From the human T2T-CHM13v2.0 reference genome, Homo sapiens, in assembly GCF_009914755.1 (NCBI RefSeq), contig NC_060942.1: a stretch of DNA of 64,000 bases. The stretch is one strand, 5' to 3'. The position numbers were made by a program, and so were the translations under genes. Under the pieces are notes generated by a model. That model was not told the DNA's origin. It made no database searches and saw nothing but the letters and a program-made list of their open reading frames with translations. Below, piece after piece: positions 26,493 to 60,690 of the stretch (position 1 is its first letter; every line of letters begins with the position of its first letter).

Positions 26493-28140
26493 TTAACCAT
26501 GTGACCGAGTGCCTTGTGGAATCGTGTGGGATGCTACCTGATAAACCAGGCTTCTTTAACCATGCAGAGCAGACAGGCTGTTTCTTTGACACAAATATCA
26601 CAGGCTTCAGGGTTAAGATTGCTGTTTTTCTGTCCTTGCTTTGGCACAACACACTGAGGGTTTTTTTTATCGCGGGTTTGCCTACAGGTAGATTAGATTA
26701 ATTATTACTATGTAATGCAAGTACAGTTGGGGGAAAGCTTAGGTAGATATATTTTTTTTAAAAGGTGCTGCCTTTTTGGATTTATAAGAAAATGGCTGTC
26801 AGTCGTGATAGAACAGAGTTTTCCTCATATGAGTAAGAGGAAGGGACTTTCACTTTCAAGTGGAACGGCCATCACTATCAAGATCAGCTCATGGAAGGAG
26901 TAAAGAAAATATCTCAAAATGAGACAAACTGAAGTTTTGTTTTTTTTTTAATGACTTAAGTTTTTGTGCTCTTGCAAGACTATACAAAACTATTTTAAGA
27001 AAGCAGTGATATCACTTGAACTTCAGTGCCCTCACTGTAGAATTTAAAAGCCTTACTGTTGATTGCCCATGGTGGACTTGATGGAGAAATTAAATATCTT
27101 TCATTATGCTTTACAAAATACTGTATATGTTTCAGCAAGTTTGGGGAATGGGAGAGGACGAAAAAAAGTTACATTTAATCTATGCATTTTTGCCAAGCCA
27201 TATTGAGTTATTTTACTACTAGAGACATTAGGAAACTAACTGTACAAAAGAACCAAGTTTAAAAGCATTTTGTGGGGTACATCATTTCTATAATTGTATA
27301 ATGTATTTCTTTGTGGTTTTAAATGATAAAGACATTAAGTTAACAAACATATAAGAAATGTATGCACTGTTTGAAATGTAAATTATTCTTAGAACACTTT
27401 CAATGGGGGTTGCATTGTCCTTTTAGTGCCTTAATTTGAGATAATTATTTTACTGCCATGAGTAAGTATAGAAATTTCAAAAAATGTATTTTCAAAAAAT
27501 TATGTGTGTCCGTGAGTTTTTCATTGATAATTGGTTTAATTTAAAATATTTAGAGGTTTGTTGGACTTTCATAAATTGAGTACAATCTTTGCATCAAACT
27601 ACCTGCTACAATAATGACTTTATAAAACTGCAAAAAATGTAGAAGGTTGCACCAATATAAAAAGGAAATATGGCAATACATCCATGATGTTTTCCAGTTA
27701 ACATAGGAATTACCAGATAAATACTGTTAAACTCTTGTCCGGTAACAAGAGTTGATTCATATGGACAGTATGATTTATTGTTTCTTTTTTTAACCAAATA
27801 CCTCCTCAGTAATTTATAATGGCTTTGCAGTAATGTCTATCAGATAAGAAGCACTGGAAAAACCAATCGTCTCTAGGATGATATGCATGTTTCAAGTGGT
27901 ATTGAAAGCCGCACTGATGGATATGTAATAATAAACATATCTGTTATTAATATAGTAATGACTGTGCTCATTTAATGAGAAATAAAAGTAATTTATGGAT
28001 GGATATCTTTAATTTTGACTGCAATGTGTTTTCTCATGGCTGAAATGAATGGAAAACATACTTCAAATTAGTCTCTGATTGTATATAAATGTTTGTGAAA
28101 TTCCATGGTTAGATTAAAGTATATTTTTAAAAGATAAAAC
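26493..28140 (+). pseudogene. ROCK1P1: ROCK1-derived terminal exon (native stop TAA at 26494-26496) and 3'UTR
   Basis: ttttccccccctccctcaacag|TTAA completes ...KTS*; repeat-free AT-rich UTR. Confidence 0.85.
27930..28118 (+). terminator. Poly(A) signal cluster (AATAAA 27930, AATAAA 27981, ATTAAA 28113)
   Basis: hexamers at the end of the UTR-like segment. Confidence 0.65.
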
Positions 28141-28199
28141 GTGGTCTTGGGCTCTAAAACAAGAGTGGGAATAGTTCACATGAAAAGCTGGCTAAAGTG

Positions 28200-28618
28200 T
28201 GTTGGAAAACAATTCTCCATGGGTCTCTTGCATTTCTGCACATCAGGGAAGCAGAGGCTCTGACAATCTTTCTTTTGACTATCTTTTCCAAGGATATTTA
28301 TGTAGTAAACAGCCTTGGAAGATAGAGTGTCTCCCTTGTGAGGATGTCGGGTTCTTTTACTGTCCAGTATAATAAAGATAACGTCTCCCACCTATGATGC
28401 AAACCCACTGTGTGCTCAGCACCCACCTGGGCCACTCTGCCCACATGGGGCTTGGAGGGCAAAGGGAACTGATGGAACATGAAACTTATGCTGCTTTTGC
28501 TGTGCTGTGAATGAAGTCATCTGACTCTGACCCAGGGGTCTCATCTCTTTTGTCAGGATCCATGAAACTGTGACTGGCAGCATGCAAACAGGATAAAATC
28601 TCAGCACAGTTCCTGACG
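28200..28618 (+). mobile_element. LTR47-like solo LTR
   Basis: tgttggaaaacaattctccatgggtctcttgcatttctgcacatc...aacagccttggaagatagag. Confidence 0.6.
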
Positions 28619-29695
28619 GTGTCCTTACTACCTTCTCAGACTCATCACCATTACCTAATATTTTAAGGTCCAGTTGCAGAGAACAGAGTTAATTCTAATT
28701 AGTTTAAGCAAGAGAAGACTTTCCAAATGACATACTAATCTGAACTTAGAATTGTTGAGAACTGAGCTTTGAGGAAGCACTCCCAATGCCACATTACAGA
28801 ACTGGGTCAACCAGGAGAGCTGCTTCCTCTTCTAAGTTCAGGAAACCACTCACTCCCAAGTATACCAATATTGAGAGGGTCCAGATAGTGCCATAATCAG
28901 GAATCCACACTACCACTGCTGGTTCTCTGCAACACTTGTCAGGCTTGCTACAATCTACCTCCAGTTAGATGTTTTGTACCATTCCTCTTGCCACTTAAGA
29001 ACCTCATGTCTGCACACTGCCTCAGAAAAGGCACTTCCATGACCCTGCTTGCTGGCATTTAGCACAGCCTGCATCTCACATCTGCCTTCTCTAGGTGCAT
29101 CTACGTGGCCAAAATTAAATCACATCCAGACCCCTAGCTGCAAGAAAGTCTGAGAAATATAGCCTCTAGCTTTCTCTCTAATTTGTTACAGGAGGACACA
29201 CTAGGAGTGTGGAATGAAGGTTCAGCATTGAGTTAGCCCATGCACCCACACCTGTAAGCTTCTCTGAGATCAGGAACTCCAGCTTTGGGCAACAAAGAAA
29301 ACATAGCCACTGTCATTATTCACAGGTTCACTCATGACCTGTCATTTGGGGTTTCAGCTTAAATTAACCCGTTCACCCTTCATTTAAAGTAAAAAAAATA
29401 AGTAAAAGAACTTAAATGACAAACTCATAGTTACTTGAGTTTGTAATTCATAGTTAACTTTCACAGTTCTATAATCAATCTGGAATTCATTTGTGAGGTA
29501 GAGATCAAGCAGTATTTCTCCCATATGGATATTCAGTTGATACTGCAGTATTCATTGAAAAGACTTCTTTCCTGCATCGTAATTCAGGTGAACAATCCAT
29601 TGGTGTTATTTCTCTGTCCTTGCCAATATCACACTTTTAATTACTGTAGCTTTATAATAAGATTTTATATCTGTAGTAGAAGTCCAACTTTGTAA

Positions 29696-33795
<4,100 letters not shown>

Positions 33796-34416
33796 CTCTA
33801 TAACTTGTTTATTTCATCAATATTATTTATACCATTTACAATCCAAAGAGTATTTACATTACATTATAATGTCATATCTATTCCAACCAGGCTTTCAAGA
33901 AAGTGCATTTACTGTCATAGAAAAAAGGGAACATCTTCATAATTGTGCCTGAAATTGTATTTCTCATTAGCTCACTTGTTTAATGAACGTATTACATTAA
34001 TTCACACTTGCACCACAAATACTCAAAAAGTAGAAACTCTCAACTATTCTCATGTTAATCATATTATTATTACAAATTATGTGATCAATAACTCCTCTAA
34101 CTATAAAAGAGGCAGGCCAACCTAGAACAAACATTGTAATTAACAAGGAAACTTCAGAGTCAGAAACAACCAGGATTCCTACTATTATTCAACATTTTTC
34201 TGAGATAAATGCAGCAAAACACAAATACGTATTACACATATTGGAAAGAAGCAGCAAACCTGCCATTACTTGCCGATCATGATTGCTTACCAAAACTGTT
34301 CCAAACAACTAACTGAAAAATGATTAGAACTAGCAAGAGACCTTAGTCATATTTAGCCTTATTTGTTTTGTTAGACTCACATCATATTTTAAAAATATTG
34401 TTTAGTTGCTAATTTA

Positions 34417-37227
<2,811 letters not shown>

Positions 37228-37693
37228 AAATAGTTGCTAATTTAAAAACTGGAATACTTCAAATACAAATCTGATTTCCAATAACTGTTTCTCAACACAG
37301 GGCCAGAGGCCTGCACAGCAGCAATATCCTCTCACTGTTTTCTGAGAGAGGATATGTTTTCTATTTCACCCAGTCCTTACCTGGACCACTTATTTGTGTT
37401 ATCTGTCTGATGTTTAAGATCACCTGAATTTTCAGTGCTGCCAAAAAAGGTAACAATTGGCAGATGATACATACAAATATAAAACTTCTATATGGCAAAT
37501 AACTCCAGAAACAAACAAACTATAAATGGCACTGAGAAAAATACTTGAAACATGAGAGAAAAAGTTTAAAATTCTAAAAATCCTGTAAATCAACGGATTT
37601 TTTAAAAGTAACCCTATAGAAAAATGAGCTAAAGGTGATGAACAAGCAGTTAATTTTAGAAATGCAAATGATTTAGTGCTGCTTGCTTGGTTA

Positions 37694-45314
<7,621 letters not shown>

Positions 45315-45919
45315 TAATGAAGAAGCAGGAGCTGGGGTTGTAGTGGGAAACTGGTTAAAGATTGTCTGGCTCACTCCATAGTGATTGTACTGTTGGGCTT
45401 GCCTAACATAAATATAAATATAAATATAATTGAGTGCAACATAATGTTCTTGACCAATTCTCTTTGGATGGCGGGACTCATGACTGGGGGCATTTGTGAT
45501 TTTTCCACCCACATCTGTTTTGCCTTTCTTCTGGTCTCAGCATCTCAATTTTTGAGGGGCGGGGAGGACTTCCTTTCTGCCATTGTGTCCTGGTTTTGTT
45601 TTTTTTAAGAGACAGAGTCTCTCTATATCGCTCAGGTTGGACTCGAACTTCTAGGCTCAAGTGACCCTCCTGCCTCAGCTGCCTGAGTAGTGGAAACTAC
45701 AGGCATGCTCTACTGCACCTGGCTTGTGTTCAGTTTTGACTCTCAGTTGAGGTGACTCCCCTACTTTAGTGGAGTCATGATTTTTGGCATAACAGTTGTG
45801 ATTGTTAATTTTATATGTCAACTTGACTGGGCTGTGGGGTACCCAGACGTTTGGCCAACGATTAATCTGTGTGTGTCTGTGGGGGTGTTTCTGGATGAGA
45901 TTAATATTTGAATTGATGC

Positions 45920-47125
45920 TACATCCATATAATGTACAAATAAGAAATTACTTGACCACACAGGAGCACTAAAAAAAACAAAAGAGCTATCAAGCTACAA
46001 GAACACATGGAGGAAACCTAAATGCTGTATTAGTCCCTTTTCACGCTGCTAGTAAAGACATACCCAAGGCTTGAGCAATTTACAAAAGAAAGAGGTTTAA
46101 TTGGACTTACAGTTTCAGGTGGCTGGGGAAGCTTCACAATCATGGCAGAAGGCAAGGAGGAGCAGCAGGCAAAGTAAGAATGAGGAAGATGCAAAAGCGG
46201 AAACCCCTGATAAAACCATCAGCTCTCGTGAGACTTATTCACTACCATGAGAACAGTATTGGCGATTCAATTATCTCCCACCAGGTCTCTCCCACAACAT
46301 GTGGGAATTATGGGAGTACAATTCAAGATGAGATTTGGGTGACGACACAGAGCCAAACCATATCAAAGGCATATTGCAAAGTGAAAGAAGCCAATCTGAA
46401 AAAAACTATATACTGTAAGATTCCACCTAGATGACATTCTGGAAAAGGCAAAACTATGGGGACAGTAAGAAGATCAGTGGTTGCCTGGGGTTAGGGGTGG
46501 GGAAGGGAGGAACAGGTGAAGCCCAGAGGCTTTTTTGGGCAGTGAAACTACCGTTTATGATACTGTAACAGTGGGTATATGACATTCTACACTTGTGAAA
46601 CCCATAAAATGTTCAACACAGGGTGAACCCTAATTTAAACTATGAACTCTGGGCTGGGCGCTGTGGCTCACCCCTGCAATCCCAGCACCTTGCGAGGCCG
46701 AGGTGGGCAGATAGCTTGAGCTCTCAAGTTTGAGATCAGCTTGGGCAACATGGTGAAACCTCATCTCTATAAAAATACAAAAATTAGCCAGTTGCGGTGG
46801 CACGTGCCTGTAGTCCCAGCTACTCAGGAGGCTGAAGTAACAGGCTCACTAGGCCTGAGAGGTGGAGCCTGCAGTGAGCTGAGACTGCACCACTGCATTC
46901 CAGCCTGGGTGATAGAGTGAGACCGTCTCAAGAAAAAAGAGAATAAACTATGGACTTTGGGTGATAAAGATGTGTCTGTGTTGGTTCATTGATTATAACA
47001 AATGCACCACACTGACAGGGGATGTCAATGGTGTGGATGGCTGGGAGTGGGTGTATGGGAATTCTTGGACTTAACATTCAGTTTTTCTGTGAGCCTAAAA
47101 CTGCTCTAAAAAATAAAGTGTATTA
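45920..47125 (+). mobile_element. L1MC-like 3' region hosting a THE1 solo LTR and an Alu (46652-46940)
   Basis: gtgaaagaagccaatctgaaaa...gacattctggaaaaggcaaaactatgg...cctaaaactgctctaaaaaataaag. Confidence 0.8.
46026..46365 (-). mobile_element. THE1-family solo LTR
   Basis: tgtattagtc...cagagccaaaccatatca; 5-bp TSD aatgc/aaggc. Confidence 0.9.
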
Positions 47126-47183
47126 ATTTTTTAAAAAATGAAGGAGAAATAAAGAGTTTATTAGACACACAGACACACACACA

Positions 47184-47830
47184 TGAAACTGAGGGGTTCG
47201 TTTAGTCAGCTCTGCCTGCCCTGCTTGCTTTTGATCGCTCGCTTTTGCTTGTTTGTTTTTTCCTTTTTTCCAGGATGTTGAAGGCTGCAATACCGAAGGC
47301 CTCACCACTGAACGCTGAAACTTACCCATCGCTGGCTACTTTATAGATAACATCCATAAGTCACCATAGTAATGGTTGCTTCAGTTGTTTTTCAGAAATG
47401 TGGGCCGGCTCCTGTCCAGTTCAAACTGTTTGAGACCACTGACCCTTCAACTGGGCCAACACAATTGCCCAAGACGTGGCCTTTTGACCACAGAGGGCCA
47501 AAAACTCCCCCCTCAGATCAAGCTGATGCCATCATTTTCTGTACATATGCCACACAAATGTCACGAGCCCCAGCTATGCTTGTGCATCATGAACCTGTTA
47601 CTTTATTTTTTCCCCTGCCAATCACCTTTCCCCATGCTTTAGATCACTCCACTTTCCTAACCCCTAAACATCCCGAAGCCTCATTTTCATGGAGGTGGAC
47701 TTGAGAGCTGTTCTCCCACCTCCTTGCTCGGTGCCCTTGTGAATAAATCTTTTCTCCTTTGCAAAATCCATCTTCACTGTGATTGATTTACTGTATGCAG
47801 GCAGAATGGATCTGGACTTGGCCAGGAACA
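47184..47830 (+). mobile_element. ERV1-type solo LTR, family uncertain, followed by (CA)n 47829-47884
   Basis: TG start; gaataaatcttttctcctttgcaaaa near 3' end. Confidence 0.6.
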
Positions 47831-47845
47831 CACACACACACACAG

Positions 47846-47888
<43 letters not shown>

Positions 47889-48056
47889 GATGGACTGAAA
47901 AATGAGATAAAAATTCCCCATAGACCAAAAATAGAAGCAGGCAGAGGTGACAAGTTTTGCTCTTGTAGGATAACAGATTAAAATGCTCAGCATGGCTGGG
48001 CACAGTGGCTCACGCCTCTAATCCCAGCACTTTGGGAGGCTGAGGTGGAAGGATCA

Positions 48057-48316
<260 letters not shown>

Positions 48317-48654
48317 TCAGCTTGAAAAGGGGAATAGGAGTGGATAAATACTTACAACCAGAGGCAAAGGAGGAATCGCCCCACTCATGAAACAGGCTGA
48401 AAATAACAACAAAAAATACATAAATAAGCAAAACCAAAAACTAAAAACCCTGTCTCTGTGTAGAGCTGTGACTCCAGGAAGATGGGAGGGTAATGGCAAA
48501 GCTATGTGACAAGTAACTGAACTGAACTGGCCCTTGGCTTAGTGACTGGATGTGTCATATCCTAATATCAACATGGAGCAGGAGACCCCAAACACCAGGC
48601 TGGAGAACGTCAGAAAAAGACCAGAAGACAGGAGGGATGAAAACAGTGAGTCAT

Positions 48655-49543
<889 letters not shown>

Positions 49544-49868
49544 CAGGGAGCCTAACAATGGGGAGATCACAGAGTCTCACCTAAACTCTGCCCCGCCATC
49601 AAGCTCACCTGATCATTAGTAAGCCTGGGACCATCAGATGCTGTGCGCCTCCTCATCCAATGCAACGTGAAGCACACAGCATCATTCTTGGAGTATTTCT
49701 GTAAAAAAAGGCTTAGCTAGAATGTAATCAAGTCTCTACAGCTAATTTCTCTTACAAGAAATACAGGGAAAATCAAGGTAAATGGTGCCACAAAGCAGCA
49801 AACCAACAACTCCAGGATATGGGACATTTCATATTATGGAATGGCTTACCTGGCTTTTCTAAAAGTTA

Positions 49869-50216
<348 letters not shown>

Positions 50217-51021
50217 TTATTTCAAAAGGAACTTAAGAGGCATAACAAATGTAATCTATGGATCTCATTTGGATCCTAACTCTAAGAAATAAACTATAAT
50301 CAACAAATAAAAACAAACAAGAAAACCAGCAAAAAAACCCCACCATTTTAAAAACAACTGGGGAAGTTGACTATGGTCTACAAAATAGATAATACCAAGA
50401 AAATATTGTTAATTTTGTTAGGTAAGATAATGATATTATAGCTATATAAGAAAATAATTCCTATACTTTTAGGGATGGTTAATAGAGGTTCTTAAGCAAA
50501 GAAAAAGGGGGAAAGAATAGATGAGACAAATAGGCAAAACTTGAATTTTGTTAAATCTTGATATGGGAATACAGAGGTTCATTGTACTATCCACTATGCA
50601 ACTGGCATAATGATTTTATTCTAGGTGAATTTTCTTTTATGTAAAAGTCTTTAAAAGATGAAAATTAGGCTGGGGAATTATTGTTTGAAATTTACAAAGA
50701 TTAAAAACCGTAACTCTAAATGCAAGGCATGATCTTGGATTGGATCCTGGACTAGAAAAAAAATTACTAGAAAGGACATTTTGCAAAAATGTCCTTTGAA
50801 TAAAGTCTATAGATTAGGTAATAGTGTTATTGTATTATGGTGAATATCCTGATTTTGGTAGTTGTCCTATGGTTATACAAGTGAATGTTCTTGTTCTTAC
50901 GGAATAACACTGATTTATTTAGAGCTAAATATACATCATATCTGCAACTTACTCTCAAATGATTAACACAAATGTCATGAGTGTCTATATATAGATTTAT
51001 ATCTATGTATCTATAACTATA

Positions 51022-51052
<31 letters not shown>

Positions 51053-51390
51053 TATAGCAACTATGGTGAAATGTTAGTGAAGGGTAAACAAGAGTTCCTG
51101 GTATTACTCTTGCAAATTTACTGTAATTTTGAAATTACTTCAAATAATAAGTTAAAAAATAGTAATGACAAAAATATTAGTTTAAAGGGATCATATTCTT
51201 TTCAAAAAGACCAATAAATTATGAAAAGAAAACAAAAATATTACACAAGACAGGACAATTATAAAAAAGAACCAATAAGCAATCTTGGAAGTGTAAAATA
51301 TAATCATTAAAATATAAAACAATAGACGGGAAAACCGGCTGACTGGACAGAGAGAGAATTAATGATTTGGAAGAGAGTACTGAGAATTCA

Positions 51391-51753
<363 letters not shown>

Positions 51754-51846
51754 TCAAAAAAAAAAAAAAAAGAAAGAAAGAAAGAAAAGAGAAGCTTCAA
51801 TAAAAACCCACTTGTAAGATGACAGCAAGAATAAAAAATTTTGTTA

Positions 51847-52014
<168 letters not shown>

Positions 52015-52421
52015 TTAAAAGAAATTTTTATTTTTTAAAAAAACAATGGTAGTTTCAAAACAGAGAATAAGCAGCATCCAAAAACCTAAGTCTCAGCTCA
52101 AAACTTCACTCCTAGTACTGAGATGGATAAATTAAATACACAGCTGAACACGCTACATGAAACTGCAGAATATTAAGAACAAAGAGAAAATTCTAAGAGT
52201 TATTAGAGAGAGAAGACCTTATCTACAAGGTAACAACAAATTAAACTTAACAAAAAAAGTTTCATCAGCAATAGTAAATGACAGAAGACAACGAAATTTC
52301 TTCAAAGTGCTCAGGAAAATTACTGCCAATCTATTAATCTCTACTCAGCTAACCGATCAGCAAGAACAAGATTGAAATAAAGATATTTGCAGACATACAC
52401 AGAATAAGTGAGGCTATCTAG

Positions 52422-52823
<402 letters not shown>

Positions 52824-53167
52824 TAGCCAGGATGGTCTCGATCTCCTGACCTCGTGATCCGCCCGCCTCGGCCTCCCAAAGTGCTGGGATTACAGGCGTG
52901 AGCCACCGTGACCGGCCTCTTCTTAATTCTATAATGTTCTTAGTTTCTGTTGTTGAAAATCTTTCACTATATAAGTAATGGTGTAGCTGAAAGACATCGG
53001 AAGTGAAGGAAATAAAAAGGGAAGGGAAGGCTAAAAATTCTAATTTTCTTATCTTATATAACAGCAGTCAGGAAACACTCTAAGGTCAATGAACAGTGCA
53101 GTGAGGCCGGGCGCGGTGGCTCACGCCTGTAATCCCAGCACTTTGGGAGGCCAAGGCAGGCAGATCA

Positions 53168-53437
<270 letters not shown>

Positions 53438-54302
53438 CTATAGTCCCAGGTACTCAAGAGGCTGAAGTGGAAGGATCACCCGAGCCCAGAAGGTCAAGGC
53501 TGCAGTGAGCTGTGATCACGCTCGGCAAGAAAGTGAGACCCTGTCTCAAAAAAAAAAAAAAAAAGAAAGAAAAAAAAAGTAAAAGTAACCAACAAAATAA
53601 CTACAACCTAATTATTAAAAATTGGGAACCAGGCATGGTAGCTCATACCTATAATCCTAGCACTTTGGAAGGATGAAACAGGCAGATCATTTGGATCAGG
53701 AGTTCAAGACCAGCCTGGGCAACATAGTTAGATCCCCTCTCTACAAAAAGTGAAAATAAAAAAATTAGCTGGACATGATGGCACGTGCCTGAGGTCCCAG
53801 CTACTTGGGAAGCTGAGGCAGGAGGATCACTTAAGCCCAGGAGTTCAAGCCTGTGGTGATCCAGGATCCGGCCACTGCACTCCAGCCTAGGTGACAGAGT
53901 GAGACCCTGTCTCTAACCAAAAAATAAAATAAAATAAAATTGAGAAGAAAGAAGAAGAAGGGGAGGCAAAATACAGCATAACTGACCCACATCCTCATTG
54001 TTTACACTGGGGTTCAACAGATATTGCTTACACTTGATAAATTAAATAGAGTTATAAGCATATTATTCAGAATTATAGAGGTGACCACCAGGAGAGCTAA
54101 AATCAGAAAGAGTTAAAGTCAGTTGCTGATGAGAAGTGAGATTGTAGGTGGAATGAGATAGGAGAGTTTTGTTTTACTTTAAATGTTTTCCTGTTACTGT
54201 TTGAATTTTAAACCTCGTATGGGTATTGCTTTACTAATTTTTTAAAAAGTAGGTAACATTAAAGGGGTCTTTCTGCCTTAACTCATGGGGAGCCCTATGT
54301 AA

Positions 54303-54530
<228 letters not shown>

Positions 54531-55553
54531 TAATTTTTGTATGTTTAGTAGAGAGAGGGTTTCACCATGTTGGCCAGGCTGGTCTCGAACTCCTGACCTC
54601 AAGTGATTCACCCGCCTTGGCTTCCCAAAGTGCTGGGATTGCAGGCATGAGCCACTGCACCCGGTCTACACGGACATTTCAATATTATTTTTCTTCTTTG
54701 TGAGGAATAGTAATTTTAAGAAGATAGAAAACCCCACCTAATTGAGACTAGTCTTTTAATCCTGGCACTCAGGCTCTCGTAATCTTGTCCCATATTGCCA
54801 GCTACCTTATCTATTACCACAGCCCCACATAGAGGTCCTCCATTCTGCTCTAGTTTCCCTTCTACCACCCACATGCATAGTTGCTATATATTTTAATAAT
54901 TTTTTCTACTTTTCTACATTTTTTTTTTTTTGAGACAGGGTCTCGCTCTGTCACCCAGGCTGGAGGGCAGCGGCATGATCTTGACTCACTGCAACCTCTG
55001 CCTCCCGGGCTCAAGCAATTCTCCCACCTCAGCCCTCAACTAGCTGGGACCATAGGCGTGTGCCACCATGCCCAGCTAGTTTTTGTATTTTTTGTAGAGA
55101 TGTGGTTTCACCATGTTGCCCAGGCTGGTTTCGAAGTCCTCGGCTCCAGTGATCCTCCCGCCTCAGCCTCCAAAAGTGCTGGGATTACAGGCGTGAGCCA
55201 CCGCACTCAGCAATTGTTTTCTACATTTTCTGATAGACTGTGAATTCCTGGAATGCCGGGTCCCTAAGTAGACAGTCAATAAATAATTGTTGAATTGATG
55301 AATTTGATTGCTTTGGGATTTTGCTTTTTTTTGAGACAGCGTCTTGCTCTGTCACCCAGGCTGGAGTACAGTGGTGCAGTCACAACCCACTGCAGCTTTA
55401 ACCTCCCGGGCTTCATCTATCCTCCCACTTCAGCCTCCAGAGTAGCTGCAACTACAGGTGTGCACCACCAAACCCAGCTAATTTTTTATTTTTTGTAAAG
55501 ACGGGGCTTTCCCATGTTGGCCAGGCTTGTATTGTGCTTCTGGGCTCAACTGA

Positions 55554-55829
<276 letters not shown>

Positions 55830-56424
55830 TAATTTTGTAGAGATAGAGTTTTGTCACGTTGCCCAGGCTGGTCTTCAATTCCTGAGCTCAAGCAATTCAC
55901 CTGCATTGGCCTCCCAAAGTGCTGGGATTATAGGTGTGAACCACTGTGCCCAGCCAGGTTTTGCTTTTTCTATATTTCTCTAGAACCTTCCTGCCCCCAA
56001 CTGCTTCCCACCCCCTTCAATTTCTTTATTCTCTGAATTCCTATTACCAATAACCTCAACCCATTCATTCACCAAATATATAGAATGCCTACTCCATGCC
56101 GGGTCTGTGCCAGGCCTAGGAGACACAGAGATGAACGGCATAGATGCAGGCACTGTCCGGACACGAAGCAGATAATACACAGATAGCAATCTAATGATAA
56201 TTATTAAAGTGCTTCAGAGTGTGATATGACCTCTAATTGAAATACTCCTCAAATATTATTGAAGGAGCTGCAAAGAAGTATTCATAGTCTAGATGGAAAG
56301 ATAATATAACTGCCAGGGCTCACGCCTGTAATCCCAGTGCTTTGGGAGGCTGAGGCGAGCAGATCACTTGAGAACAGGAATTCGAGACCAGCCTGGCCAA
56401 CATGGTGAAACCCCGTCTCTACTA

Positions 56425-56652
<228 letters not shown>

Positions 56653-57074
56653 CTATACACATAAAAAGACAGTAAATATTAAATGTTTAATGTCAAAGAT
56701 AGTAAATATTAAATGTTAAAAGATAGTAAATATTTAAAGATGGTAATAAAATGTTGAGTGATACAAAAAGCAATTGCTTAAATAAGCAGAGAAAAGTTCA
56801 CGGTTTGCATCATGGAGGTGAGAAATAAGTAGAGAGGAATTGGGAAGAACATTCCGAGGTAGTAGCGTGGGGAAAACAATGGAAGGTAAGAAAGCACAGT
56901 ATTTTCAAGCATCATTTAATTTTTTTTTGAGACAGGGACTTACTATGTTGCCCAGGCTGGAATGCAGTAGTGCAATCAGAGCTATCTGCAGCCTCAACCT
57001 CCTGGCTTTAGTGATCCTCCCACTGTAGCCTCCGGAGTAGCTGGGACTACAAGCATGCATTACTGAACTCGGGT

Positions 57075-57105
<31 letters not shown>

Positions 57106-58441
57106 AACTAGAGACAAGGTCTTGCTATGTTGCCCAGGCTGGTCTTGAACCCCTTGCCTCAAGTGATCCTTCCACCTCGGCCTCCCAAAGTGCTGAGTTT
57201 ACAGGCGTGAGCCACTGTCCCTGGCCAAGCATCATTGAATTTGAGGTAATATAGGTAAAGAAATATTAGGGATAAGGCCAGACAGTTTATTCATGTCCAG
57301 CTGTAGAGATTTTTGTTTCTAAAAGAAATGTTTTGAGAGTGAGGATTGCAAATCATATATTTCTGTTTTGGCTTTAATAATGCAAACTTTGGGAATTGAA
57401 CTTAGCCTAGAACTTAGCCTACTCATATGTAGATATATAAACAGATGAGTGCCTCTGCTATTTGTTCTGTTGTGGTTTAGCTCTATCTGATAATTATTCC
57501 TGACATATATGCTCTCAACTAGCATTTATACCTTACAACTCTAAGAGGGTCCAGGGACAGATATGATCATTTTCATATTACAGTTGAGAAAACTAAATCA
57601 CCAGGAGTTTGATCACTTGTTTTAGGAAAACTTTATAAGCTTGAAGATTATTGATAAAAGAAACCACCATCTGCATGGCAGAGACTGCTGGTTTTTCATC
57701 AAAATCCATTCTGTCCTTCTTGCATTGTAATAGGATTAGGAAGTGTATACCTGTGACAGGTTAGAGACTATATTTCCCAGACTTGCACGTAGCCAGGCAT
57801 GGTCACATAACTGTTTTCACCAGTGAAATGTGAATGGGAGTGATCTGGGGACATCCCTCACATTCCTCTTGCTTAAAATGAAATTGCTGCCTTGTACCCT
57901 TTTTGTCTTCTATTTCTTCTTCTTAGGGGCTGAAACTTGGATCCTGCAACCCATCTTCAACCAAGTAAAAGACAAGCCCCTTCACAGCTTATTACTCAAG
58001 TAGTAAGTACTTGAGACTGAGTATTATTGTTTCCTGAGAGCTTGTTAGTATCTTAGACTCCACTCAAGACCTAGGAAATCAGAATCTGCATTTTAACAAG
58101 ATCCCAGGTGATACATGTTCACATTCACCTTCAAGAAGCACTGCTCTAGCGGGTAGCAGAGGAGCTTTACAGATGGAATGTTGGTCCATAAACAACCTCA
58201 TAATGCAAGTACTTGCACTTCCGTGGCTCCTGCATAACTTTCTATCTTCAATAAGCAACTGAATCTGGCTGGGCACAGTGGCTAACCCCTGTAATCCCAG
58301 CATTTTGGGAGGCCAAGGTGGGCAGATCACTTGAGGTGAGGAGTTTGAGACCAGTCTGACCAACATGGAGAAACCCCATCTCTACTAAAAATACAAAATT
58401 AGCCAGGAGTGGTGTCACATGCCTGTAATCCCAGCTACTCA

Positions 58442-58594
<153 letters not shown>

Positions 58595-58715
58595 TTAATC
58601 TTGAGGCACCTTTGCCATAGCAGCATAGCATTCACCTAATATAATTTGCATCATCTGTTGACCCAAAACTAGGTTATGAATTCATTTAGGAAATACTTTT
58701 AAAAAAATCTTTTAG

Positions 58716-58859
<144 letters not shown>

Positions 58860-58989
58860 TAGCTACTGTTTTTAATTTTTTTTTTTTTTTGTAGAGACAA
58901 AGTCTCTGTTACTTAGACTGGTCTCAAACTCCTGGCTTCAAGCTATCCTCCTGCCTCGGCCTCCCAAAGCACTGGGATTACAGGCATGA

Positions 58990-59692
<703 letters not shown>

Positions 59693-59902
59693 TAGTCTCG
59701 GACTCCTGACCTCATGTGATCTGCCCCGCTTGGCCTCCCAAAGAGCTGGGATCACAGGCATGAACCACTACACCTGGTAGGGCTTATAATTTATAATTTA
59801 GTAGAGAGAGAAGAGAGAAACATAGGAATATTAAACTGTAGATGCTCTAAGAAGGTGTAGTGATATTTGTTGTTTTCTGTTTTATTATTTATTGTCTGTC
59901 CT

Positions 59903-60690
<788 letters not shown>

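Noticed and set aside
52157-52375. 72-aa ORF resembling L1 ORF1 (KEKILRVIRERR)
   Set aside because: Decayed old L1 fragment.
56665-56745. Short imperfect AT-rich tandem repeat (aaagatagtaaatatt)
   Set aside because: Ordinary slippage; no evidence of function.
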